A model generated the notes under the pieces. That model saw only the letters and a list, made by a program, of their open reading frames with translations, ran no database searches and was not told the DNA's origin. The translations under genes and the position numbers were made by a program. Shown piece after piece: positions 13,141 to 25,316 of a stretch of 64,000 nucleotides of DNA. Origin of the DNA: Oikopleura dioica. Lineage: Eukaryota > Animalia > Chordata. The number at the start of each line of letters is the position of its first letter. Within the stretch, counting starts at the first letter, position 1. Where the stretch lies: assembly GCA_907165135.1 (NCBI GenBank), contig OU015567.1, positions 7,316,001 to 7,380,000 on the forward strand. Direction: 5' to 3'.

Positions 13141-13563
13141 CTGTTATTCCTGCTCCACCATCAGTACTTCTTTATCTATTATTTCTTTATATGCTGTAAT
13201 CATACTAGACAATAATTCCGTTTGTTGTTATTAACTACATGAGACAATCAAATTCAATAAAATGCATTCAAAATAATATTGACGCGGAGAAGATCTGATT
13301 CAATTTTGAATAAAGAACTTACAGTGGTACCTTAAACTGGGACCCCCTTTAGATCAACTCAATTGGCATTCCCTCTGAATGCGTTTTTCTTTGCTCTTAG
13401 TTTTGAATTTTTTGAGCTCCTGTGGCTAGACAAGAGCCAAAACCCATGGGCCATGGTCTAAGTGGTTCGAACATACTGATTAGTTGATAAAAGGTAAAGC
13501 GGGCCGAATTCGCTTCGCTTTTGAGTAAATTCGCTTTAGGGAATTCAGACCTCTTGTCATAAT

Positions 13564-14378
13564 CAGGGCTCTAAATCTGAGGCAAAAATCAAAAGTCCGG
13601 TCTGTCCAGGTCCGGGCACTTGGCCTAAATTTCGAAGTCTGGTCTGTCCAAGTCCGAATTGAAAACCCGGACTTTTAGTCTGGTCTAGTCCGGGAAAAGT
13701 CCGAAAAAGTCCGAAAAAGTCTGGTCCGAGAAAAAAGCCGAAAAATCCGGTCTGGTCTAGTCTAGTCCGAAAAAATCCGAAAATTTTCGAATAAAATACA
13801 ACAAAAAATCGATTTTTTTTCGAAAATTTTTCGACTTGAATCAAGAAAAACTATTATGACATAATAATTATGTTCAAAATATATTTGAATAAGACAAATC
13901 GAAACTTGCTCATCAGTAAGTACACATCGAAGATTTGAGCGCTGCTAGGACCCATCATCTTTTTTTTTATCTTGGAATCAAAAAATAATTTCCTAAGCTA
14001 TATTTTCTATGAAAAACTTACTGGGACACCAATCATGACAAAAAACCATATCATATGGCCCATATGGCTATTGTCAATAGCCTATTGAGACTTTTCGGAC
14101 TTTTTCGGACTAAATTTGTCTAAAAATAAGTCTGTTAGTAGTCTCAAATCGGTCCAGACTTCTCGGACTATCTCGGACTTTTCGGACTAAAACATAAGTC
14201 TTGAAGTAGTCCACCTTTTCGGACTTTTCGGACTTAGTCCGGCGACAAAGCCAAGTCTGGTCTGGTCTAGTCCAAAAATTTTCTCAGCCAAAAATCAGAA
14301 GTCTGGTCCGTCCGGCCGGACTAGACCGGACGGACTTCGGACTTAGTCCTAGCCCGGACTAGTCCATTTAGAGCCCTG
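13564..14378. mobile_element. hAT-like MITE, 815 bp, with AGTCCG/CGGACT subterminal repeats
   Basis: 13-bp perfect TIR CAGGGCTCTAAAT / ATTTAGAGCCCTG; 8-bp flanks GTCATAAT / GTCATAAA (7/8 match). Intergenic. Confidence 0.9.
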
Positions 14379-15069
14379 GTCATAAAAATACGGTATTATT
14401 AATACTTCTGGTATATTATTTGACCCTGACCGATTGGGTTCGTAAACAAACCGGGTTCGACGGTGAAGCACTCTGAAGCACTTAAGAAATAACAGTAGTC
14501 ATGGATGATCCATGATGGATCAGTGATCAAAGGTACCAATTTTAAATAACATAAAGGATGCTCCATCAAGCCTTGATGATCAAGGTTCACTCAAGATGTT
14601 GATTTTGACAATCAAAATATCTTATTTTATTTGATTGACATGACTGATTGATCTGTACATGAGTACACGAGGTGCTTCCCCGAGATAACTATACAGGCGT
14701 AACGCCTGGGAAGAGTATTCAATTAGTTTATCTCTTGATTATCAGTAACAGATGAAGTGAATGTTAATTCAAAGCAATAGGGTAGATCGGAACATTTCTC
14801 CACAAACAGCATTCTGATATGATATCGCGAGAATCGCCCGTAATGTACTAGAGGGTTTCTTATGGTTCCCCTGGTGATAAAAATTATACTATAATCTTGG
14901 GATTTATCGGGTAGTTCCAAGCTATTTACTTACGATAAAGAAGGACTCATTGAGATCTTGATTTTGTCAATTATCAAAATTTATATTATCAAGATTTATT
15001 GAAGCAGGGAAAATTTTGACGCATAAAAATAAGAGGTAAAGCGTGCAGAGAGGTACCAGATTGAGTGTG

Positions 15070-15947
15070 CTAGTGACGAGGACTTCTATTTCTACGGGAT
15101 TGAAAGCTCTTCAATGTCTAAAAAAATAAATTAGAAATGCTTGTTTATAAAAAAAATGAAACCTTCAAGACGTCCATGTTGCAAACAGACATGGCATAAT
15201 CAATCGCAGTTCTTCCTTTGTTATCTTTCTGCTTCAAGTCGGCACCATTTCGCAAAAGCATGTAACAAAGCTCCTCTGTCTCTGGCTCAAAAGCTCTTCC
15301 TGCTACATCCATCAGCACAGTAGTGCCAAGCGGGCTTTTTGACTCGATGTTCGCGCCATTTTGTAGTAATAGTTTTATAACATCGTATCGAGGGGTAAGT
15401 GCACTCCCGGCAAGTAGGATTGGTGTTAGACCAGATACGGTTGATACATTTATTGAGGCCCCCTTTTGAACGAGCATCTCGACTACTTCTGTTTGCGCAT
15501 GCTGAAAATAACAATGATTACTGCCGGCTGCAATTTAAAATTTATAAATATCATTAACGCACGACTAATCTAATTTTAATAGCTAATTAAAATAGCTTCT
15601 TTTGTAAGATTTAATGACTTTTAATTTGATGATGGGACAACTAAAATAAATATATTATTGTAGTGAGTTTATAATTCTCAACTCACCAAGCAAGCATGAT
15701 GAATAGCTCTCCATCCACGATTATCAGCAGCATCAACTGGCAACTGTCCGACGCGAAGATAAAAATCCACCAACTTGACATTTCCGACCGAAGCCGCGAC
15801 GAACATATCCACTAGAATCGTCTTCGAACTCAGCAACGACTTCGTATGCAAATCTCGAACATAGTAACTATGCCTCGCAAGCTGTCTCTGAAATCCAGGA
15901 CCATTTGTTGGTGCCAACGCTTCTCGTGATTCCGATCGTGCTTTCAT
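15070..15947 (-). CDS. Ankyrin-repeat protein
   Basis: Ankyrin motifs DNRGWRAIHHAC, GLTPILLA, LLQNGANIESK..GTTVLM, GADLKQKDNKGRTAIDYA; three exons, stop TAG at 15070-15072. Confidence 0.85.
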
Positions 15948-16644
15948 TTTCGAGCTCTGAAAAAAAGTTGGAAAAGCTCAAGTTGTTGTTTTTCCACCTT
16001 TTGCGGGTAGTTTTCTTTGTCGAGTTTTTCCAAGGATTTCGAGAAGGTCTTTTTCTCTAAATCAAAGTTATGGATGCGCACGTATCTCCCGCTCTTGGCA
16101 TGAGATTCACTCTCGTTAAGTTTCTTCCGGATCATCTGAGGAGTGTAAAAAAGCTTCATTATCGTAAAATTATGTTAAATTATCTTGCGCTTTGTCGAGT
16201 TTTCTCTCGCTGGGATAAATGTTGTGCGCAAATCGTTCGCTTTTGTACTTTTGAGCACTTGAGACTACTTCAAGGCACGCTTCGCAGATTTCAAGAAAAA
16301 AAAAACTATAATAGTCGGAATCGATTTCTCAAAAATAGAAAAACAGAAGCGGAACAGAAAGCCGTCTCAAAGAGGACGCAAAAGGTCGTCCGAACCCGTG
16401 GGGGGCTCATTCTTCCCATCGGGGCGTCCGGATGGGATTAATTTCTTTATGTTACCTATTGTAAATCTCCGCGAACGGCGGCGGAAGCTCTTTAGTTGCG
16501 TCCGATACTTTTTCATTTTCCCCAAGATTGTATATTATTTATGGACAGAACTGGCCAAAGATTGTCGATTAAGCTTCAGATTGGCTTCTCAAAATAGACG
16601 ATTTCTATTTGAAATGCGTTGTGTAATTGAACTTTGACTGAACT

Positions 16645-17470
16645 TCAATTACACAAGGTGTTTAAAATAGAAATTTTCAATCTTGAGACGCGATTTTGAA
16701 GGTTTATCGACAATTTTTGCCCAGTTCTGTCAAGTTTTAATATTGAGGACTTAACCAATTTATGGAAGGGCATTTTTGAATTACCAATAAGATTGATGTA
16801 TTTGGCCCACCGGCCAATCAAAACCCCGATCCATAAAATCACTTCCATAAATTGGTTTAACCCAATATCGATGACTAGTAAAACTTAGAGGAGGTTCTCT
16901 GGTTATTCAAAAAGTATCAGTACCGGTCACATTTCCTTGCGCAAAAAGCTCTTGAAAGAACTCATCTTTTCTTCCAAAAATCAAAAATACTCTCTCTCTG
17001 AAAAAACAACGAGTTAAATGCCTCTAAGCACCGCTTGGTATTCCTTATCACAGATCACCGTCAGAATCGATTAATTTCATCATTTCTCACCGTCGAAGAA
17101 AGAACTTACCTAAACTGTTCTTGGGAAGTTTAAAAAAGTCTCCATTCTCTCCAATAGTTTGTCTCAGCTTTTTCTTCTCTTTTTGTTGCGTTTGATTTGA
17201 AATTGCCTGGCTTTGGCCGGACGCTTTGTGGGAGATTTCAAACACTCTATTCATGATCTTCCCCATTTTTGGAAAAAATGAAACAAGAAATCAAAAAAAT
17301 TGAGTCGCTTTCTCGATGTCAGAAACCTTTGGGTTCCGCTCTGATGGTTTCAAATTGATTTTGATCTCTGGCCAAGCCGAAAATCTGGGCCAATTCAGAG
17401 AAAAAATATGGGCCAATCCGGCAAACAAAATCGAGCAGCTGCTCCTGTTTTTCAACAGAAAATCTACGAA
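16645..17470 (-). CDS. Hypothetical multi-exon protein immediately downstream of NCKIPSD
   Basis: Coding-like stretches (SVEKQEQLLDFVCRIGPYFF..., MGKIMNRVFEISHKASG...) ending at a GTAAG donor near 17110; model unresolved. Confidence 0.3.
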
Positions 17471-17502
17471 GAAGCTCGTAAGAATGATTTTATTAAATAT
17501 TA

Positions 17503-19808
17503 TCAGTTGAAAAAGTGATTGAACTCTTCGAGAATTGCTTTTGAAATCTTCATGTTCTTCGACGAGACCGAGTTTGAATCCAGTATTTCTTCAGTAGCAA
17601 AGACATTCAGCGTCGATTTGATTTGTGAGCTCTGAAAGACCGTCAGCATCCGGCGATTTGAGATTTGTTACCTTGTGTTTGTTTTCTTGCCAGCAGGAGT
17701 TTTTGATCATGGACTTGAGGATGAGTAAAAAGTCGGTTCTTTTTGGATCGTCGGGTGTCAGGTCGAGGAGATTTCGGAGGATGATTTCAATGAGGATGTT
17801 CAGATCTGTTGTGTAGAACAAGTCGGCAGTTTGTTTACTATTTTCGATTTAAAAAAGAAGGCGAATGATGAATTTTCTACCTTGAGAAGATATCCGTCAA
17901 GATCTTGAGAACCGAGTGTTTTTCGATTTGGCTTCTTTGGAAAGAAGTGATTTCTTCGTATTCGGAGTTGAGGAGAGGATCGTGTCCGCGATTCATGACC
18001 AGCATGAGCAATTCGGAGAAATTGGTCCAGGAAGGGTTCTTGGAAAGCGCTGCAAGGACCGGATTGTGCTCTGGGAGCGAGAAGTGCAGGTTGAAAGCAA
18101 GGAAGAGTTTCAGGAGAGAGGAGTTCGTTTTTTCAAGCTACAAGGAAAATCATCAAGGAAAAAATTGATCTGAGTTAGTAACCTTTTTGACAGAATTGTT
18201 CTCGATAAAATTTAGCACCGAATAAGCCCAATCTTCAGTCAGATGCTCCAGCGTATGGACGGTAAGGGGCTCTACCGCTGACAACAACAATGAAAAGGCC
18301 TCGAAGAGGAGAAGTAAATATTCTTGGCTCTTAGGTTTTTGCACGTGATCACGAATGTCTCTTGCCAGTTCGACTGGGAATACTGTAGGAGTGAGTTGTC
18401 TTGCGATGTTTTCAGAAATTCCTAAAAAAAGGTGAAGATTCACCAGAACTGCGAATCTACCTAGTAAGCAGTGAAGAATACTCAAGACGCTCATTCTGAT
18501 TTCCCATCTCGGCTCGATCGAATAATAATTGACAAGTGTCATTAACGGACCAAAGTTATCTGTCTCAATGACCGCCAGAATCGTGTCTGGATGAGTATTT
18601 TGCAGTTTCTTGACGCAATAGGAGCAGAGATTTCGAATCTTGTCGAAGTCATCTTGAATCGGGTTCGTGATCTGCTGCATATCATCTTTGAGATGCTCCA
18701 ACTGCTCGAAAATCTCCACTAGCTCCTTTTCGTCGTCCTGGTCTCTCGCGAATTTCACATCTGCTAAGAACTCTGTCATGATTTTGTCCATCAATCGATC
18801 CAGCTCTGGTACGTTCTCGCCCAAATGACACAAGACCGATCTGAGAAGCTTCCTCGATTTCTCTGAAGAAAGGCCCGACTCTGATTTGACAAGTCGAACC
18901 AAGCTCGTTCCGAAGTTCTCCGGCACTGAAACGTTATCTAGCGCTGCGGAAACATCCGGTTGGCTTTGAATAGAGACATAGGATTGCTGGCGAAGCTGGC
19001 GCTCTTGTTCAACGTCGGTGCTGTTATCTGAAGTGTCATCTATCGAGCTTACTTCAGACTGTGTCACGTTGCTTGTGTCCCCGTCAGAATAAACTGGAGG
19101 TGCAGGGGCCTTTTCTTTTTTCGGTGCTTGTAAGCCATTTGGACCGACTGTTTGTCGGATGACAGAAATCGCGGAGCTCGCCGAAGACTGGGAGCTTTCC
19201 GTTCTCATCGGTGGCGGAGGAGCTTTGTTTTTCTTGACAGGAAGAGTTTGGCTTCTTTTTGGCTTGGCACAAAGCTGCGATTCGACTTCTTGCGCGTCTG
19301 TGTCCGACATGCTTGAGTTCAAGTCCCAGTTTTCCACTGCTTCACGGAGATTCTTGAGCTTCGTCATCAGGGCCCGGTTTTCTGCTGTAGGCCGATTTGC
19401 CATCTCGTGAAAAAGAACTGCGATGGCCTTTTCTAGAAATCTCTTCGTAAATGTCGCGTTTCTACCAAGGTGCTCGGGGAGATACGATCCTGTTTTATGA
19501 TTCCCAACATAGTACTTTTGATTCTTATAAGAATGTATTATAAGAATATGTATATACAGTGAGATCGATTGATGGGAATCAATAGGAACCATGCCTGGAA
19601 CGTAACCAACTTGACCCTTCTCATTTGCAGCTAGCCACCAGTCAGACGTAGTCGTTTCAATAATACAGTAAACCCGGCCTGGCTCCAGATTGATCGTATT
19701 CGATTCTGTTCCATTATATTTATACGTCGCCCTGAAATATCTGGCAAATGTTTCTCCTATAAATATTTACCGATGAATAGCACCAACAGTTTTCGTATTG
19801 CTGGACAT
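17503..19808 (-). CDS. NCKIPSD: NCK-interacting protein with SH3 domain (SPIN90/WISH/DIP)
   Basis: N-terminal SH3 (YFRATYKY...DWWLAANEKGQVGYVP), Pro-rich middle, C-terminal armadillo-like region with PVELARD and FYTTDLNILIEIILRNLLDL, matching my recollection of SPIN90. Confidence 0.85.
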
Positions 19809-20224
19809 TCTCTAATTCTAGCAATTCTGCGTCTTATTTACAGAAGAGCAATTAAACCATGTTTCATTGAATGACAGTCACAGCGGCGGTAGGATATATT
19901 TTCTCTGGGGAATAAGCGCTTGCGGGCGTAGTATTTACTCGCCGAATTCCCAAATTCCAAAGAAGCGTATTTTATACAGAGAGAAGCTCTTTTTAGTAAT
20001 CCTAACACAAGTGCATCTTTCGTGGGCCGAAAATCTCCCCGTGGCCCAATCAACTGGCGTTCAAACAGATCATAGATTATTCAAAACTCTCTTTTCAAAA
20101 ATAGAACATCAACTACCAAAATAATTCTTCAGTCAAAAGAAAAACCATCAAATGTCTTTTGAAACTCAGTCAGCCTGACTGAGTCAGGAGTAGCGTTGGC
20201 CAAAAAAATCGAAGGTCGTGCGCC

Positions 20225-21898
20225 CAGGCATATAAATTCGCTTGGCGATTTTCGCCGAAAGCGAAAGCGAAGCGAAAGCGAATCGAAAATTTCGCTTTCG
20301 CCCCCCGAAAATGACACTCCTGATGTTCGCTTCGCTTTCGCTTTTTGTCCCCGATTTTCGCCAAAAATTCGCTTTCGCCGAGGCCTCGCTTTCGCCAAAT
20401 TTTCGCTTCTGGCGAATCTTCGCCAAAATTTCGCCGTCGCCAAGGCCTCGCTTTCGCCAGGAGTTTGCTTTCGCCAAAATTTCGCCAAATTCTCGCTTTC
20501 GCCAAGAGTTCGCTTTCGCCAATATTTGGCCGAATCTTACTTTTTTGTCTTTCAAAGCGGTAGCTTAGTAGAATTTAATACAGTTTTAGAACACCTAGAA
20601 GCTGGGGATCATTTGGCTACTGATAGGTGGGGGTGATCTGAGGGCATTTAGGTACCTCCGAAGGTGGGGTCGGCAAGCCACCAATGTTTGGTCACCAACC
20701 GTTGGTGGAGGTGGGTGGGTTGACAAGAAAATCAAATTTTCACTGGTGGTGGTGGGTGTTGGTGGGTTCTTTAAGGTAGTGGTGGTGGGTGAATGATGGG
20801 TGGGTGGTGGATTTTTTCGTAAACGTTTTTCTGACCCCAAAATTTATAGAATAGGAGTTGATTACACCGATTTTTCGGTCATTTTTAACCAACAGGAGGA
20901 AAACGAAGTAGAGGTAAAGTCATTTTAAATAGAGAACTGATATTTTTGAAAGATTTCGCCAAAAAAGTTTTACCGAAAAATCTTTCCCACCACTTCCCAC
21001 CAGGGATGTGCCTTTTGCTTTTTTTGGCTCCTGAAGTCGGAGAACTCGGCAAAAATTGAGCACCTTTTCCAAAAAGTCTTTTTGTCGATTTTAATTCATT
21101 TAAAAATGTTGAAGTTGTCATTTGGGGTCATCTGAGGTCAAGTCGGGTCACTTATCAGAGTTTTCTGAATTTTCAATTATTCTTGACCTAGAGTGACCTC
21201 AGTTGACCCCAAGCGACATCTTAAACACTTATGAATGAATAAACGTCGATTAAGAGAATTCAAATCGTGTACTTTTTGGGAAAAAGTACTCAATTTTCCT
21301 AACTTGAAGAGCCCCTAGCTCCCCAGATACCCCACCCCCGCCCTACTTTTCTAGAGCTCAAAATGACTGCCAGAGCCTGGGCCTTCAAAAATTCTGAGCT
21401 TTCATTTGGACGGGTATCCCATATCAAGGGGTCAAGGCATTCATGGGACCGGAAGTTCTGAAATCGGAACTAGATCTCTTCAATCGAATTTTTGACTAGC
21501 GGGAAACGGCTCAAATGAAAGCTCAGCTTCTCGGTGTTCCAAAACTGTGTCATAATTATTATACTAAATTAGAAATATGGGTCGAAGTTTCATCTTATTA
21601 GATCGCGTTTTATTCAAATTTCTTTCAATTTCGGCGAATTTTCGCTTTTGGCGAATATTCGCTTTTGGCGAATTTTCGCTTTTGGCGAATTTTCACTCTT
21701 GGCGAATTTTCACTCTTGGCGAATTTTCGCTTTTGGCGAATTTTTCGCTTTTGGCGAATTTTTCGCTTGGCGAATTCGCTTTCGCTTCGCTGTGAAAGAT
21801 AGGCGTTCGCTTCGCTTTCGCTTCGCTTTTTGGCTGGAAAAATTTTTCGCTTTCGCTTCGCGTTCGCTTTGGGTTTTCGAACGAAATTTATATGCCTG
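20225..21898. mobile_element. hAT-like non-autonomous transposon, 1674 bp, with TTCGC/GGCGAA subterminal repeat arrays
   Basis: 14-bp TIR CAGGCATATAAATT / AATTTATATGCCTG; perfect 8-bp TSD CGTGCGCC at 20217-20224 and 21899-21906. Explains many repetitive R/K/F ORFs. Confidence 0.92.
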
Positions 21899-21965
21899 CG
21901 TGCGCCTGACACAGTTCACCCCTGTTTCGAAGCGCCTTCTCGAGAGGGTCATTTTGAGCTATTAA

Positions 21966-22301
21966 GGACCCCCCCCCCCGTCAGCTTTTTTCGAAAAATC
22001 AAATTTCGGAATTTTAAAATTTTGACCCCGGAAATGGATTCTACGGGTCGAAAAACGATTTTGAGGCTTCATTTTTGAGGGTCTATCTTGACTCTAACAC
22101 CCTCAAAATCGCGTTTGAAAATTGGACTTTTCGCCAAAAATTGACGAATTAGCCCTAATTTTGGCAAAAATATTGATTTTCTTGGTCCAAAATTCCTCTC
22201 ATCATGTTTTTAAGCAAGTTTAACCAGAGGACGCATTATAGACCAAAGATATGGTGTTTTTAAAAATTTCCATTTTTGAAGGAAAGAGCTGACGGGGGTC
22301 C
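21966..22301. mobile_element. TTAA-flanked MITE (piggyBac-like target), 336 bp
   Basis: GGACCC(n)GTCAGCT / AGCTGACGGGGGTCC inverted termini; TTAA at 21962-21965 and 22302-22305. Confidence 0.8.
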
Positions 22302-22756
22302 TTAACGAAAATAGCAGGAAGGCATCGAAAAAAATAATTTTCTGAAAATTTCGTGATGATAAGGTTTTAGAAATAATGTCAATTGAGTTCCACTTCGTTT
22401 GTCAAGGAAATATGCTTAGTCGATTCCTGATATGATATCAGTGATATAATATTAATGATATGCGTGTCCACGAAAAGATCAGTAGAGAATGCACCTAATT
22501 GGAATTGCGTCAAATCTGCTGAGCATTCAAAGTCAAAGACGCGGTTATAAATGCTTTGAAAGGTTAATTAAAAGTCCTTCCGGGAGCCACTGTCACTCAT
22601 GTGTCCGCGTGCCTGTTTCTCAATGCGGGACCAATCGGTTTTGGCTTCTAAAAAGTGACTTACAATCCGGAAAATTAAATGCCACTGGCAATTAGAGCTG
22701 CGAGTTCTAATGCGCTTCGAACTTTGTGCATAATATATAATATAATATATCATATA

Positions 22757-24284
22757 ACGTACCCCCTAGCTCGCTCACATTTTGTGAACATTTTTCCCTT
22801 TTTCGCTTAGTTAAACTCCAACAAGACCCCCATTGGTCGCTCGCTTTTTGTTACCAAGATCCGTTGGTCGCTTTCCTTCTTTTGCATTCTACGACCCCTT
22901 GTTCGCCCTCCTTGGTTTCGACGGCGCACCTTTGCTCGCCCGCCTTTCTCCGTCATTTATCTCTTGTTCGCTCCTGAAGCCCCGCGAGAACGCTTTATAA
23001 CGCGTAGCTCATTTTCTTTTTCACTTTTAAAAGGCTTTTTAACTCGTAGAATGGTCTCAAAATTCGATTTTCATGATTTTTTCCAAGCAAACATATTTTT
23101 TTATGCTCGTTCACGTCCATTTTGTCAAATTTTCATATCTTCTTAATAAGAAGAAATTTGGACACTCCATTTTAAGTAAACATAAGTACTCGAAATACAT
23201 GGATTGAAACTTTGAGACTGTTTTTATAAAAAATCAAATGCCATTTTCCTCGAGAGTTGCAAATTTTGATTAATTTTTCCGAGCTGAGCTGAGCTGACCT
23301 GCGAAAAAATTTCTCTGAGCTGAGCTGAGCTGAGCTGGCCTACTTCGGAGGTTTCTGAGCTGAGCTGGCCTTTTCAGAGGTCATTGAGCTGAGCTGAGCT
23401 GAGCAGACCTTTTGTTTAAGAGAGTTGAGCTGAGCTGAGCGGACCCTAATTAGAGCTGAGCTGAGCTGTTTTTTACTGTTCTTTGGTAGTAAAATTGTAT
23501 TCAAATCATTGAGCTGAGCTGAGCTTAGCTAAGTGATAATCGTCTGAGCTGAGCTGAGCTGAGCAGAACAGATCATGTTCGAAAATAATGGAGCTGAGCT
23601 GAGCTGAGCTGAGTGAAAATTGTCTGAGCTGAGCTGAGCAGATTAGATCATTTTCCAAAATCACTGAGCTGAGCGACTGCTCAGCTCACTCAGCTCAGCA
23701 AATTTGCAACTCTGGAACCAGTGTCAACATGAAGATTCGACTATTTTGAGTATAAATGTACATATAAAGTCAAACTATCAAGTTTACGGCATAACACAGC
23801 GTTGCTACAAGATATAAAAATTTAACTGGCAAATGAGGCAAATGTATGAGGGTACTATATTTAATATAATTATCTTTTTCAGGTTTAAAAAGAGGAAATG
23901 AAGTTTAGTTACTGTCAAAATATTCATGAAAATGAAAATATAGTTCCCTATGAAAAAAGAGGGTTTAAAAAGAGGAAATGAAGTTTAGTTACTGTCAAAA
24001 TATTCATGAAAATGAAAATATAGTTCCCTATGAAAAGCTTGAGTCGAAAGTACAGTAAGAGCTGTAAGAGCGACCCAAGCCGAGCTAGGCTTTGGCGGTC
24101 TCGCGGCGAACAAGGGATAAATGGGTGAGGAGGAGCGAACAAGGGCGCGCGAGGTAAAAGAAGGATGGCGACTAATGGAGCGCGCTGAAACAAGAATGAG
24201 AGCGAGCAAGGGGACTTTGATAAAATTTAACTAAGCGAGCAAGGGAAAAATGCTCACAAAATGTGAGCGAGCTAGGGGGTACGT
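22757..24284. mobile_element. TA-flanked (Tc1/mariner-like) non-autonomous element, 1528 bp, with ~60-70 bp TIRs
   Basis: ACGTACCCCCTAGCTCGCTCACATTTTGTGA... at the left end, its reverse complement at the right; TA on both sides. Contains an 80-bp tandem duplication (23882-24036) and a nested element. Confidence 0.85.
23252..23714. mobile_element. Nested MITE with GAGCT pentamer arrays
   Basis: Termini (G)AGAGTTGCAAATTT / AAATTTGCAACTCTG; interior is (GAGCT)n; no clear TSD. Confidence 0.7.
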
Positions 24285-25316
24285 TATGATGTACGACCAC
24301 CCGGCAGTATTCCAGTAGAAACGCGTGAGGTTGTATTTGCTAAGGCCATCACGAGGCTCACAATTTTCTTATTCAGTATTATTTCCTGTCATATCCACAC
24401 GATCTATGCTAAAAAATATTCATAAGAAGCCTCTCTTTCATTTTCTCTCCGTTTGCCCAACTTGGAGAAACGGCGACTTGGGCAAATGACGATATGAATT
24501 AATTTAAATTGATTGATCATATGACTAAATTTTATAAGCTTCTCCACAGTCCATCCCCGCTTCACTTGATTCAATCCCGGCTTCAACAACTTCGATACTA
24601 GCTTTTCAGACGTCAATCTTGGTGGCTCAAACGTCAATCCTGGCATCTCCAGCGTCAATCCTGTCGTCTTTAATGCCAATCCTGTCGCCACTTACACTTC
24701 AATCCTAGCATTCTCAATTTTTTACAGAAAAATAAATAACTGGTCGATTCGCCCTTGTTTTCAAAATTTTTGGATTTTGGTCAAAATACTCGTAATTCTG
24801 GCACTCGTAATTCTCGCAGTCGACTGTATACGTTATGTTTCTAGAACAAGTTGTTTGATATACCACTGTTCAAACAAAATCACTGAACGTTGTTATAAAT
24901 ACCCACATAACCGCTTACAACCTTCTATAAGGATGATTTTTATGCCACACAATCATAAATGACTCCTATTTTTAATCATAAAAAACGTTAATCTACAGAG
25001 TTGCTCTTCCAGGATTTTCGATGTAGCATCTTGGGATTCAGGAATTTTTTTTTTTATTATTCTTCCAATTTTTCTGAAATCTTTTTCTTCGGCCTTGTTA
25101 CCGCCTTTTTTATTTGAACGAATATATTCACTATAAAAAAGTAAAAACTATGAGAAAAAGGATGAATTAATTTTTTTTATCGCGAAGATTCTTGTGGCGC
25201 ACTTAGCCTCCAAAAGGATCAAGAGCGCCATTGGTCGCTCTGTATAAAACAGCGCATTAAGATATTTACCGTATCAATTTTTGAGTAAAAAAGGAAAGCC
25301 CGGTTTTCTCAAAAAG

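Noticed and set aside
20129-20568. Several overlapping R/K/F/A-rich ORFs in all frames (also 21577-22078)
   Set aside because: Artefacts of TTCGC/GGCGAA subterminal repeats of the hAT element.
24404-24691. ORF with a 7-aa periodicity (21-bp CGTCAATCCTG repeats)
   Set aside because: No start or splice context and no family match on either strand; treated as degenerate repeat.
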